From positions 32,001 through 96,000 of the forward strand of contig CAXXNF010000001.1 in assembly GCA_963666365.2 (NCBI GenBank): DNA of 64,000 nt, in the 5' to 3' direction. This DNA is from Syntrophales bacterium. Its GTDB lineage: Bacteria > Desulfobacterota > Syntrophia > Syntrophales > UBA2210. A program made the position numbers and the translations under genes. The notes beneath the pieces were generated by a model. The model was not told the origin of the DNA, did not search any database, and saw only the letters and a program-made list of their open reading frames with translations. Positions 40,789 through 50,948 of this stretch are shown here, piece after piece; positions within the stretch are counted from its first letter, which is position 1, and each line of letters starts with the position of its first letter.

Positions 40789-42210
40789 ATGAGTGGTAAT
40801 GGGAATATGCTCAATCGGTTTCTCGCGCCGGAAAGCATCGCAGTATTCGGAAGCATGCAGGAGAACTGGTTCTTCGGCGGCGGGGTCATCATAAACGACC
40901 TTTTAAAGTGGGGCTACAAGGGCGCGATCTTTCCCATTCATCCTAAAACTGAACGGGTATACGGGCTAAAGGTATTCAAGACACTGACTGAGGTGAAGGA
41001 AGTGCCGACACTTGCCGTGATTGTCACGTCCTACCGGAATGTCCCGGCCATTCTCGAACAATGCGGACGCAAGGGAGTCACATCGGCGGTCATCGTCTCA
41101 GATGGTTTCGGTGAAGCGGGACCTGAAGGAATCATGCGCGAACAGGAACTGATAAAAATCGCCCGATCCTTCAGCATCCGTATTATCGGACCGAACACAG
41201 TGGGCATCTTTAATGCGGCTGACTGGATTTCCACCGTCCCTTATGAAAAGGGATATGAGTACCACACCACGGGCAGTCTGTCCGTCATCACGCAGACAGG
41301 CATGTACGGACCCCAGGCAATGGCGTGGAACGAATATCACCAGGGGATCAACAAGGTAATCGATCTCGGGAACATGTGCGACGTCGACGAAACGGATTGT
41401 CTGGAGTATCTGGCAACGGACGAGGGCACCTCGATCGTGTCGCTCTATATGGAACACACCCGGCGGCCCGCTGCGTTTCGTAATGCGGCCCTTCAGGTGG
41501 CGCTGAGAAAACCGCTCCTCTGCCTGAAACCGGGAAAATCCTCAGGGGCGGCCCAGGCCATGGCATCTCATACGGGCTCGCTGGCAGGAGACGACAATCT
41601 CTACAGGGGGCTTTTTGCGCAGGCGGGCATCATCCGGGTGGAAGAATATGAAGATCTTCGGGACTGCGCCACCCCATTTGTACGCTACCCCCTTCCGAAG
41701 GGGAATCGCCTCGGCGTGATCACCTTTTCGGGCGCCGTGGGCATCCAGAGTATCGACGTCGCAGAGGCGATGGGACTGACATTGTCGCCTCTCACCCACA
41801 AAAGCAGAAAGGCGCTTGACCTCCTTCACGACACCCTGGGGGGACATCCTGTCGACATCGGCCCGGTCTCAGCTACGGCAGGCGTTGAAATATTCACCAT
41901 ATATAAAAGATGTTTCGATATTCTTACACACGACGACACCGTGGATTGCATCTACCTCAACACCTATGTTTCCCATGGACTGAAACCGGAATTTTACAAC
42001 GAACTTTTGGACTATATTGGAAACTACAGGGAAAAGCCGGTCGTTGCCTGGTCCTACGGTCCTTCGCGAAAACTGGTTACAGAATTCGGCGAACTGGCGG
42101 AATCATACGGAATCCCCTTTTTCTTCACCACCGCCAAGGCGATACGAAGCCTCGGCTATATGGCGCGGTATGCGGGGTGGAGGAAGGGTGTGGAAAGTAG
42201 GAAAGGTTGA
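40789..42210 (+). CDS. CoA-binding protein, ADP-forming acyl-CoA ligase alpha-subunit family
   Basis: PESIAVFG, RIIGPNTVG, LGNMCDVDE, ASHTGSLAG. Confidence 0.9.
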   Translation: MSGNGNMLNRFLAPESIAVFGSMQENWFFGGGVIINDLLKWGYKGAIFPIHPKTERVYGLKVFKTLTEVKEVPTLAVIVTSYRNVPAILEQCGRKGVTSAVIVSDGFGEAGPEGIMREQELIKIARSFSIRIIGPNTVGIFNAADWISTVPYEKGYEYHTTGSLSVITQTGMYGPQAMAWNEYHQGINKVIDLGNMCDVDETDCLEYLATDEGTSIVSLYMEHTRRPAAFRNAALQVALRKPLLCLKPGKSSGAAQAMASHTGSLAGDDNLYRGLFAQAGIIRVEEYEDLRDCATPFVRYPLPKGNRLGVITFSGAVGIQSIDVAEAMGLTLSPLTHKSRKALDLLHDTLGGHPVDIGPVSATAGVEIFTIYKRCFDILTHDDTVDCIYLNTYVSHGLKPEFYNELLDYIGNYREKPVVAWSYGPSRKLVTEFGELAESYGIPFFFTTAKAIRSLGYMARYAGWRKGVESRKG

Positions 42211-42308
42211 AAAGAAAAAACTTCCCAAAAAAGGTATGGCTTTGTTTTCGCTTGTCTTTTCTTACTTTTTTAACTCTTCCTACTCTTCATACTTTTCCTA
42301 CTACATTC

Positions 42309-42824
42309 CTATATACATATCCTCCATTCGCAGGACACATTGTCCGGGGTTCCCTCCGGTCGGGAATCGGGAGGAGTAAAGATGCGGGTTACCCGGGCAC
42401 GAGGGGTGAGCTTTCTGAAAAAGCCCTCCCGGAGCACCAGACCTCCTCGACCGCAGGCGTAGTATTCCATGCCCCACTTTTTTACGGCCTTTTGCGCCGT
42501 GCATCCGATGGTTCTCATAATCAATTCCCTGTCGGAGATCTTTGTCATCTCGATATCTTCAAAGGCGCACCAGTGGGAACGCTTCAGGAATTCCACCAGC
42601 CGATCGACTCCCCCGGCATCCTCTTCCACCACCCTTTGAAGCCTCCCGGCCTCGTAGGCGCCGAAATCCTCTGAAAGCTTTAAAAATTCATCGCTTTCCG
42701 CTTTTTCGGGGCAATGCTCCTTAATCCATCCCTCCATGAGAAACCACATATAGTTGAAACTGAATAACAGCTCACGCGTTACTTTGTGCAGATGGTCCTT
42801 GCTCCAATGGTCGATTTCGAACAT
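42309..42824 (-). CDS. Hypothetical protein (DUF6125-like)
   Basis: RBS GGAGGAGG; CTAQ, PPDSRP..SCEW motif. Confidence 0.65.
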   Translation of the reverse strand: MFEIDHWSKDHLHKVTRELLFSFNYMWFLMEGWIKEHCPEKAESDEFLKLSEDFGAYEAGRLQRVVEEDAGGVDRLVEFLKRSHWCAFEDIEMTKISDRELIMRTIGCTAQKAVKKWGMEYYACGRGGLVLREGFFRKLTPRARVTRIFTPPDSRPEGTPDNVSCEWRICI

Positions 42825-43060
42825 TAATTCCTCCTCCACCTTGTAATCCACACCGAACAGATGATGAATGAAGATATAGAAGCGCCGCCGCACTGTCAAG
42901 ACCTTCATCCTCATTTGCAACACTTTTTCGTCCCTGCCCGCTCTTTCACTTTTACGGGCGCTCTCGGGAATCTCCATCTCGATTTTCCTGAAATAGCGCT
43001 TTTCTTACAGCCTTTTTTGTGCAATAAAAACCGGAGAGACCACAGGAAGGAGGGACGGTC

Positions 43061-43486
43061 ATGCTTTCACGAGAAGAAATCATAGCGGCGCTCGAGGAAT
43101 GGAATCGCGCATGGGACGCTCATGATCTTGATGGGGTAATGAATCTTTTTCACGATGATATTATCTTCAACAACTGGACAGAGGGAAAGGCGCACGGGAA
43201 AGAGGCCCTGCGCAAGGCGTGGGCTCCCTGGTTTCAGAATAACGGCGGTTTCCGGTTTATCGAGGAGGATCTCTTTATCGACGAGATGCAGCAGAAGGTG
43301 CTCTACCAGTGGAGTCTCGAATGGCCCTCTTCCGAAGCGGGCTTTGAAGGTCTGCCGGAGAAACGGCGCGGAGTCGATGTCATCTATTTCAAAGAAGGAA
43401 AAATATTCCGTAAAACAACCTTTATAAAAACCGCCGTGGAAATCAATGGGCGCCGAATGCAACTTTCGCCCCTGCGGGGCAGATAA
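43061..43486 (+). CDS. NTF2/SnoaL-like protein
   Basis: WNRAWDAHDLDGVM, GKEALR, RGVDV. Confidence 0.85.
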   Translation: MLSREEIIAALEEWNRAWDAHDLDGVMNLFHDDIIFNNWTEGKAHGKEALRKAWAPWFQNNGGFRFIEEDLFIDEMQQKVLYQWSLEWPSSEAGFEGLPEKRRGVDVIYFKEGKIFRKTTFIKTAVEINGRRMQLSPLRGR

Positions 43487-43622
43487 GGGTGTTCGACAAC
43501 CCCTTTGATTCTGAAACACTGCAAATGACAGCAGAATGCCTGTGGGTGCACGCACTGCGTGCCCCGGTATCTTTTTTTCTATGAACGCAACGACTCAAGA
43601 TCCTCTGTCCCGGCGTTTAAAG

Positions 43623-44246
43623 ATGAATATAGTACCGCACAGACGCGCTATCTCACAAATGACAGTCACGGCAATTGTGCTGGCGGCGGTTTTCATATGT
43701 TCTGCTTCGCTGCTTTACAGTGCAGATATCTATATGTACATCGACAAGGACGGTGTATACAATTTCACCGACCAACCACCGTCCCCTAAGTACAAACTCT
43801 TCATAAAGGACTGGAGCACCTCTCGTGTTTCCCCGGGCAGCTCAGCCCAATTTGACGAGCATATCAAGGCGGCTGCGAGAACTCATGAAATCGAAACACA
43901 TCTTTTAAAGGCCGTGGTGAAGGCCGAGTCAAATTTCAACCCCCGTGCCGTTTCAAAAAAGGGGGCGCTGGGTTTGATGCAGATTATGCCGGAAAATATT
44001 AAGGAATTGAACATAGAAAATCCCTTCGATCCACGCGAAAATATTATGGCCGGAGCCCGATACCTGCGGGAACTTCTCAACCGTTTTCAAGGAGATGTCC
44101 CCCTTGCCCTCGCCGCATATAACGCTGGTCCCGGAAGCGTTGAACGCGCCAACAGCATTCCCCCCATCAAAGAAACGGAAACCTTTGTCAAAAAGGTCCT
44201 GATGTACTACCGCGATTTCAAAAAGAAGAAGGAGGCACCCCGATGA
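43623..44246 (+). CDS. Lytic transglycosylase (DUF4124 + SLT)
   Basis: DKDGVYNFTDQP, AESNFNPRAVS, GLMQIMP, ALAAYNAG; start uncertain. Confidence 0.9.
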   Translation: MNIVPHRRAISQMTVTAIVLAAVFICSASLLYSADIYMYIDKDGVYNFTDQPPSPKYKLFIKDWSTSRVSPGSSAQFDEHIKAAARTHEIETHLLKAVVKAESNFNPRAVSKKGALGLMQIMPENIKELNIENPFDPRENIMAGARYLRELLNRFQGDVPLALAAYNAGPGSVERANSIPPIKETETFVKKVLMYYRDFKKKKEAPR

Positions 44247-44941
44247 TTGCGTCAATGAGCCGACTCATTCACAGGAGCTGCGGGTTCCTATGGATTCTTC
44301 CGCCCATGCTTTTATTGATCTCTTCTTGTACAACCCCCGCAGTGTACAATGTGGATATACTGTACATCCCGACAGAAGCTGAAAGAGAGATGATGCCGCA
44401 TAAGACTGCCGTCCCACCCGTTACGGTGGCTCTTTTTCAGGATGTACGGAACAGGGAAGATCCCATCGTAGTCGGTGCGGTACTGCCTGACGCGGAGAGG
44501 GAGAAGCCTCGACCGGTTCTTCCCAAATACAAAAAGCCTCCACAGGCCCTAGTGAACGCGATAGGAGATTTCCTGACTCGGCAAGGATACGCTGTCTCGG
44601 GTTCCCATCCTGACTGGGATCTTACGGAAGATACTATTGACGGATCATGGGGGGAGGTACTCCTGGGAGGGACAATTGAAGAGCTTTTCATAGAATGTGA
44701 TCGCTCGGGGATAATTAATAAGTATCGTGCGCGAGCGGGCGTTACAATCGTCCTTGCCGATATAAAGACAAAACAAATACTCTACCGGGTATCCGCTGCA
44801 TCCAACCCATCAAGGGATGACATCCGGTTCTCGGAAATAATGATGGAAAGAGAAATTAATCGGGCCCTTTCTTCTGCCATTGAAAAGGCCTTTGCGGAAA
44901 GCGCCCTCCTGTCGCACATAGACGCCATGTCCGGCATGTGA
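44243..44941 (+). CDS. Putative lipoprotein (YajG-like)
   Basis: Lipobox ISSC; FQDVR motif. Confidence 0.65.
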   Translation: MIASMSRLIHRSCGFLWILPPMLLLISSCTTPAVYNVDILYIPTEAEREMMPHKTAVPPVTVALFQDVRNREDPIVVGAVLPDAEREKPRPVLPKYKKPPQALVNAIGDFLTRQGYAVSGSHPDWDLTEDTIDGSWGEVLLGGTIEELFIECDRSGIINKYRARAGVTIVLADIKTKQILYRVSAASNPSRDDIRFSEIMMEREINRALSSAIEKAFAESALLSHIDAMSGM

Positions 44942-45616
44942 CTAGAGGTAAAGTTTTGACGTACGCTTTTTCTCTCGCCTTCCCATGATCAACCCTATTA
45001 TCAGGCCGAAAAGAAGCACCAGCGCACCTGCCAGGAACCATCTGTGCCTGTGCGATGACCGCAACTGCATGTTTTCTTCTGTTACCTTTGCCAAATCTTC
45101 CTGCACTCTTGCAAGGTCGGCTTTGGTTGTATCGAAGTGTTTCTTCAGGTCAAGAAAACCGGATGCTTCATTTTTCAGTATCTCATAGTCATTTTTCACC
45201 GTGCGCAACGCTTCCGTCGTTTTTTTCAATTCCTTTTCAATCTCTACATTGCGGGCCTTGACCTCCTGAAGCTCCCCTTGCACTGGATTAACTGTTTCCC
45301 TGAGTTTTGCATTTTCCGCTTCCAGTGATTTGACACGCCTCTCCCAGGGTTCTCGGCTCATGAGATACCGGGTGAGTATCCAGCCTTCCTTCCCGCCGCT
45401 TTCCCTGGTCGTGCGGACATTACTCCACCCTTGCTTTTCAGTTATCACCTCAACCGCCTGCCCCGACCGAAGCATGCCGACAATTCTGAACTCTGTACCG
45501 GGACCGATTCTAAGCGGAGCATCCAGCTTGTCCGACACGTACACGGCAGCCGACACTGAAAGAGCCGTTGTACAGAGCCCTATTACTATAAGCGCAGTTA
45601 TAATTCCCCTTTTCAT
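44942..45616 (-). CDS. SH3 domain protein (TIGR04211-like)
   Basis: Signal peptide, YVSD..LRIGPG, EGWI, coiled coil, C-terminal TM. Confidence 0.88.
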   Translation of the reverse strand: MKRGIITALIVIGLCTTALSVSAAVYVSDKLDAPLRIGPGTEFRIVGMLRSGQAVEVITEKQGWSNVRTTRESGGKEGWILTRYLMSREPWERRVKSLEAENAKLRETVNPVQGELQEVKARNVEIEKELKKTTEALRTVKNDYEILKNEASGFLDLKKHFDTTKADLARVQEDLAKVTEENMQLRSSHRHRWFLAGALVLLFGLIIGLIMGRREKKRTSKLYL

Positions 45617-45774
45617 GGCAGATATCCCTTTGTGGTAAGTCTTTTTCTGTGTCCAATCCTATAACCCATAATCGACATGGCGGATAATTTCAAGTGATAC
45701 TCTATTTTTTTAAAGGAGCTTTTTACAAGACCGTCAGAACTTATTGGATTCCGGGATCACTCGCGAACCAATCT

Positions 45775-47148
45775 CTAGTCCCGCTCGAAAGATATACCGT
45801 ACTTTTCGAGCTTTCTTTCGAAGGTTGGTCGTGAAATTCCAAGAATTTCACATAACTCCCCTTTGTTTTTGTCGGTTTCTCTCAGCACTTTCCGAATGTG
45901 CATCTCCTCGACCTCGTCAAGAGTCATGAACCGTCCCGATTCCGTCCGGCCGCTTGTGCGGGGTTCACTTAGCCCCCCCTCTTTTTCTCGGAGAAGTTCA
46001 GGAAAATCACCCTTTCCCAATATTTGGCTCTTTGCGACCACCACGGCGCGCACCAGCAGATTCTCGAGCTCTCTGATATTGCCCGGCCAGCTGTAGTTGA
46101 GAAATACCTCCATCATTTCATCGGAAATGCCTGCAACTCGCTTATGGAGATCCATATTGATCTTCGTTAACAGATAGTCGACAAGATGAGAAATATCTTC
46201 ACGCCGCTCCCTCAGGGGCGGTATTTTTACAGTAACAATATTAAGGCGGTAATAGAGATCGTCTCTGAACTTTCCCTCCTTCACCATCTCCTCGAGATCT
46301 CTATTGGTTGCCGCAATCACCCGGGCATTCAGTTTGACACGATCTTTTCCACCCACCCGCTCGAATTCGCGCTCCTGCAAGACGCGAAGCAACTTAGCCT
46401 GAAGATTGACCGACATCTCGCTGATTTCATCCAAAAATACGGTCCCGAATCTTCCAAGTTCGAATTTGCCCTGTTTTCTGGCGATGGCGCCGGTAAAAGA
46501 GCCTTTTTCGTGCCCGAAGAGTTCCGATTCGAGCAATGTTTCCACGATTGCGGAACAGTTAACGGCGATGTATGGCTCATCGCGGGAGGTATTGTGATGG
46601 ATCACCTTTGCAATCAATTCCTTTCCTGTACCGCTTTCACCCTGAATCAACACCGTCGCCCGGTTCTGGGACACCACGCCGATCGTTTTAAAAATTTCCC
46701 TCATTCGATCGCCGTTGCCGATAATATCTCCCAGCTTGAAGTCTCTGGCAGGTTCCATGAGCAGGCTGTCGATTTTTCTTTCCATTTCGACGGTCTTCAA
46801 GGCTTTTTTTATGGCGATGTCCAGTTCATCTATATTGATCGGCTTATGAATATAATCGAAGGCGCCCAACTTCATGGCATTGATAGTGGTTTCCATGTCA
46901 TGGTGGGCGGTAATCATAATGACCTTGGCGTTCTCATTCTCCTCCTTTAAATCTTCAAGCACGGTAAACCCGTCAATATCGGGGAGCCGTATGTCCAGCA
47001 CCACCACATCAGGCAGCCGCTCTACATACCGGTTCAATCCCTCGGTCCCGGTGGAGGCGACAGACACATCGTACCCTTCTTCCGACAGATAGAGCTCCAG
47101 TGACTCGCGAATCGATTTATCATCATCAATAACAAGAATTTTCGCCAT
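45775..47148 (-). CDS. Sigma-54-dependent (NtrC-family) response regulator
   Basis: REC domain, GESGTGKE, ESELFGHEKGSFTGA, WPGNIREL, C-terminal HTH. Confidence 0.96.
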   Translation of the reverse strand: MAKILVIDDDKSIRESLELYLSEEGYDVSVASTGTEGLNRYVERLPDVVVLDIRLPDIDGFTVLEDLKEENENAKVIMITAHHDMETTINAMKLGAFDYIHKPINIDELDIAIKKALKTVEMERKIDSLLMEPARDFKLGDIIGNGDRMREIFKTIGVVSQNRATVLIQGESGTGKELIAKVIHHNTSRDEPYIAVNCSAIVETLLESELFGHEKGSFTGAIARKQGKFELGRFGTVFLDEISEMSVNLQAKLLRVLQEREFERVGGKDRVKLNARVIAATNRDLEEMVKEGKFRDDLYYRLNIVTVKIPPLRERREDISHLVDYLLTKINMDLHKRVAGISDEMMEVFLNYSWPGNIRELENLLVRAVVVAKSQILGKGDFPELLREKEGGLSEPRTSGRTESGRFMTLDEVEEMHIRKVLRETDKNKGELCEILGISRPTFERKLEKYGISFERD

Positions 47149-47151
47149 AGT

Positions 47152-49827
47152 TTAATCCTTGGGAACAGTGAAAGCGGCGCCGGCATCTCCGTCGCTCCTC
47201 AGTTCTTGTCGACTCTCGGAGTAGGGGAAGGTCACAACAACCTTCGTGCCCTGCGATTTAACACTGAGAATCTCTATGCTTCCCTGATGAAGATCTACGA
47301 TCTTCTTTACCTGCGCAAGTCCCAGTCCGGTACCGTACTGCTTTTTTGTGAAGAAGGGGTTGTAAATTGACGGCATGTCCTCCTCGTCGATGCCGCATCC
47401 ATTATCCACTATTTCCACGGTCAGTGAGTGTGGGTCGTCATCGTTCAGACGGGTTGACAGGGTAAGCTCGCCCCCTTCGCCCATGGCATCAACGGCATTA
47501 TAAATAATGTTCAAAAATGCCTGCGCCAGAAGTGCTGGATCTACAACGATGGGCGATAATTTTTTCTCATAGCGCTTTCGAATTAAAATTTTCTTGTCTA
47601 AGAGCACCATATCAGCCATATGGAGGGCGTGGTCAAGAATCGCCTCGATCTCGGAGAACTCCTTTTGTGGATCATCAGGCTTGGCATAGATCAAGACGTC
47701 ACTGACGAGCTTCTCCAGGTGCCCCACCTCCCGTGCCGCTATTTTAAAACGTTTCAGATCGTTTCCGCCGGGCGTCATCCGCTTCTCCAGAATTTGAAGA
47801 CTCATTTTTATTGATGACAGGGCGTTCCTCAATTCATGGGCGATCCCCGCGGAGAGCTGCCCGAGGGCGGCAAGCTTTTCATTCTCAAAACTTTTTTTCT
47901 CCAGCTTCTTCAAAGCCGTGATATCCTGCTGAACAAGAATGATTCGGTCGGAACCGGGAACGGGACGCGGGGTAATGAGGAGATCTCTCTTTGACCCGTC
48001 GCGGGCAAGAGCTCTTATCTCGTAGGGGGTGAAGTCGCCCTGTTTCCCGTCTTCCCACTTTTGAAGCACGAATTCCCTGTTTTCGGGATCGACAAAATCG
48101 GCAAAATGCTTCCCCTTCAGTTGAGGTATTCCCGATACGCCTTCACGTTTGATATTATCCCGGCTCACATAATTAATGACGCCTTCGCTGCTCAGATCGT
48201 AGACCTTCTCCGGCATCGTATCTATTATGGACTGCAGATAATTATAGAGTTCCTCGATTTCCTTTCTCAACCGGATATTCTCATCAAGCTCGTTCTGGAG
48301 AGTCTCTGCATATTCCTTGAGACTCAGCTCCATTTCTTTTTCTTTGGTTATGTCCTGAAGAGTTTCTATCGCAGCGGTAATGCTGCCGTTTTCGTCGTAA
48401 ATCGGCGCCGCGAGAAAATAGAGATACCGTTCTTTGCCTCCAAGGTTCTCATAATGATCGAATGCTTCAAAGGCGCCTTCCACCCGGTCTGATTTTTTCA
48501 CCTCCTTTGTCCCGTAATAGTGTTCGAGAATTTCAAAACTCTGATCAATAATGATATCGGCAACCAGGGGGCGTGCATCCTTGTAAAGAGGCATGTAGTG
48601 CTTGTTCGTCCCGATCATCTCCGCGGCCGTGTACCCTGTCAGATCGGCGCAGGCCTTGTTCCATAGAATTACCCTGTGATTCGTATCGATCACCATGGTG
48701 GGGATCGGTGAGCCTTCAATAATGCCCTCGATGGTTTTGTGCTCCCGGATAAGCCGTCCCTGCCACTCTTCCCGCTCTTTGAGGCGCTTCAGTTCTTCCT
48801 CAGCCCTCAGTTGTCTGGTGGCGACAAAGCCGATTACAAAGGCAGCGGCTATCACGATTATGATAAGCCCCATGGCGCCCGCCATTATATTAATAAACGC
48901 CTTACGCATGAGATCTATCACTCTTCCATAGGGGGTCACAAGGACAAGGGTCCATCGATCACCCTTGACGTGCACGGGGGCATAAGCCACGATCTGCTTC
49001 TCCTCATTTCCCATGGCATCGCGGATCAACCACTGATCGTATCCGGCATTTCCTTTCAGAAAAACCTCTCTGAGTTGAGAGACCGCCGCATTTCCTCCCG
49101 TTACGAGGACGCTCACGTCCATGCCGATCAAATAGGGGTTGGAATGCGCCATGAAGGTTCCCCCCTTTTCGATAAGCCAGCTGTCGGTAAATTCACGGCG
49201 GCTCAGTGGACCTGCATAGCGGTCTATCACTGCGTCAAGCAAGAGAAAGGCTATCACTGATCCTGTATACTGCTTGTGATGATTATATTTAGGGACGGGT
49301 ACCGCTATTGCCGATTCGGTGGCACTCATGCAGTTCGACCCCAGAGGCAGACGAATCAGCGGCGTGACCGTCGATTCCGGCAGAAGGCCGGCTTCTCCCA
49401 AGGCGGTCTGCCATGCATCGAAACAGGCTTTTGTTTTTACCTTCTTTTCCGGCCAGAGGAATACCAGTTCTCCCGCTGAATTGGTCATTCCAATAAGGCG
49501 CACCTGATGACCCACATTGTCATAAAGGAGCTTCAGAAGTTCCTTTGTCTTCTCCACATCGTAGTTTTCCCTTTCCGCAATATTGACAAAGGCGGAAAGG
49601 TTTTCTCTCGCTCCGTCAATCAGATCCTCGATACCTGCGGCCGCGGCATTTGCTATCGCCACATGCTGGTCTCCGAATTGCCTTGCGATGTCTTTTTCCC
49701 TGGCATGATTCACCGTCAATGCCAAAAGGAGAATAAGAATGATCAGCGACGCCGTTGCCAACCAGACGGAAATATTCATATCAAGTCTGAAAGTCCGCCT
49801 TTTTTTTTCTCTGTCTCTCGCATTCAT
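47152..49827 (-). CDS. Cache/PAS sensor histidine kinase
   Basis: Two TM helices flanking a Cache domain, PAS domains, AHELRN, DNGCGI, GTGLGL. Confidence 0.94.
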   Translation of the reverse strand: MNARDREKKRRTFRLDMNISVWLATASLIILILLLALTVNHAREKDIARQFGDQHVAIANAAAAGIEDLIDGARENLSAFVNIAERENYDVEKTKELLKLLYDNVGHQVRLIGMTNSAGELVFLWPEKKVKTKACFDAWQTALGEAGLLPESTVTPLIRLPLGSNCMSATESAIAVPVPKYNHHKQYTGSVIAFLLLDAVIDRYAGPLSRREFTDSWLIEKGGTFMAHSNPYLIGMDVSVLVTGGNAAVSQLREVFLKGNAGYDQWLIRDAMGNEEKQIVAYAPVHVKGDRWTLVLVTPYGRVIDLMRKAFINIMAGAMGLIIIVIAAAFVIGFVATRQLRAEEELKRLKEREEWQGRLIREHKTIEGIIEGSPIPTMVIDTNHRVILWNKACADLTGYTAAEMIGTNKHYMPLYKDARPLVADIIIDQSFEILEHYYGTKEVKKSDRVEGAFEAFDHYENLGGKERYLYFLAAPIYDENGSITAAIETLQDITKEKEMELSLKEYAETLQNELDENIRLRKEIEELYNYLQSIIDTMPEKVYDLSSEGVINYVSRDNIKREGVSGIPQLKGKHFADFVDPENREFVLQKWEDGKQGDFTPYEIRALARDGSKRDLLITPRPVPGSDRIILVQQDITALKKLEKKSFENEKLAALGQLSAGIAHELRNALSSIKMSLQILEKRMTPGGNDLKRFKIAAREVGHLEKLVSDVLIYAKPDDPQKEFSEIEAILDHALHMADMVLLDKKILIRKRYEKKLSPIVVDPALLAQAFLNIIYNAVDAMGEGGELTLSTRLNDDDPHSLTVEIVDNGCGIDEEDMPSIYNPFFTKKQYGTGLGLAQVKKIVDLHQGSIEILSVKSQGTKVVVTFPYSESRQELRSDGDAGAAFTVPKD

Positions 49828-50256
49828 GCCTATGGGGCCTATGGAAATACCTTTTAATTTTATGGGGGACCTACGCTTTTTCAGTCAGAGTCTTCTTCAT
49901 CTTCCTCATGACGCGACTTGATTGCAATAAATACATACACCCCCACTGCGGCGCCAAGGGAAATGAGCAGCGTTGCAAGCCCGCTTTCAATGCCCAGCAC
50001 CCACTTACAAAGGAGCCATGCCACAAGATATGTTACCAAAGTCAAGATTTCCTGCATGCCACACCCTCGCTCACGTTGTCACAAGACCATGTAGAGATTT
50101 TCATAAGGGGCTTGCTTCATCCTCAATGCACTGACGGACCTTATCCGGATCGCCACGATTCCAACCGAGTACTTCTCAAATAGCGCAACCCGTCATTATT
50201 GACGGGTTGATACTACAGGCGACGCAGGTTATTTTCAATAAAATTATCCATTCTAC

Positions 50257-50307
50257 TTTTCGTTCAATGCAATGAGTCAATTTAAAAAAACGTTCAACGA
50301 AAGCATG
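50257..50307 (+). promoter_or_regulatory. Putative enhancer upstream of atpE
   Basis: CGTTCAA at 50261 and ACGTTCAACGAAAGCATG at 50290, similar to the motifs upstream of both 91-aa operons. Confidence 0.5.
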
Positions 50308-50399
50308 CAGAACCATCCTTATGGAGGCGCCAATCAAAAGCGCCATAGTCTCTTTTAATACGAATGGTTGCATAGCAATGGCTTCTTGCTGCTTCACAA

Positions 50400-50415
50400 T
50401 GGCACGGCTATTGCT
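50400..50415 (+). promoter_or_regulatory. Sigma-54 promoter
   Basis: TGGCACGGCTATTGCT matches the TGGCAC-N5-TTGC consensus. Confidence 0.85.
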
Positions 50416-50516
50416 GAACTGCAGATACATTGAAAATATCATTTTCATAATAAAAGGATTTATTGTACAAGGGTGTACAAATGAATGGAGAAAGAAGAAT
50501 GAAAGGAGTCTCAACA

Positions 50517-50894
50517 ATGAAAAGGAAGTCAAGAAAACTGCTCTTCGGATTACTGGCAGCAATAGTGATCCTCATGGCGACATCGCCTGTTGCCCTTGCC
50601 GCTGATGCAATTCCGGCGGAAGGCGCCCCGTTAATGAAGGTAATCTTTTCCGTCGGAGCTATGATAGCGGCAGGTATCGCCATTGGGTGCGGAACCATCG
50701 GCGCCGGTGCCGGTATCGGTAATGCGGCAAACGGCGCCTGCGGCGCGGTAGGTAGAAACCCCGGCGTCCAGGGAAAAATCCTCATGACCATGCTGGTTGG
50801 TATGGCCATGGCCGAGTCCATCGCGATTTACGCCCTCGTCGTTTCGTTGGTTCTTTTGTATGCGAATCCCTACAAGAGTTTCCTTTTTGGCTAG
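50517..50894 (+). CDS. atpE: F0 ATP synthase subunit c (orphan) with signal-like N-terminal extension
   Basis: GAGAGIG, GRNP loop, MAESIAIYALVVSLVLLYANP. Confidence 0.93.
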   Translation: MKRKSRKLLFGLLAAIVILMATSPVALAADAIPAEGAPLMKVIFSVGAMIAAGIAIGCGTIGAGAGIGNAANGACGAVGRNPGVQGKILMTMLVGMAMAESIAIYALVVSLVLLYANPYKSFLFG

Positions 50895-50948
50895 AGAAAA
50901 AAATCTGAATTATAAACGCCAAAAAAATAAACTTAGGGGGAGAATACA

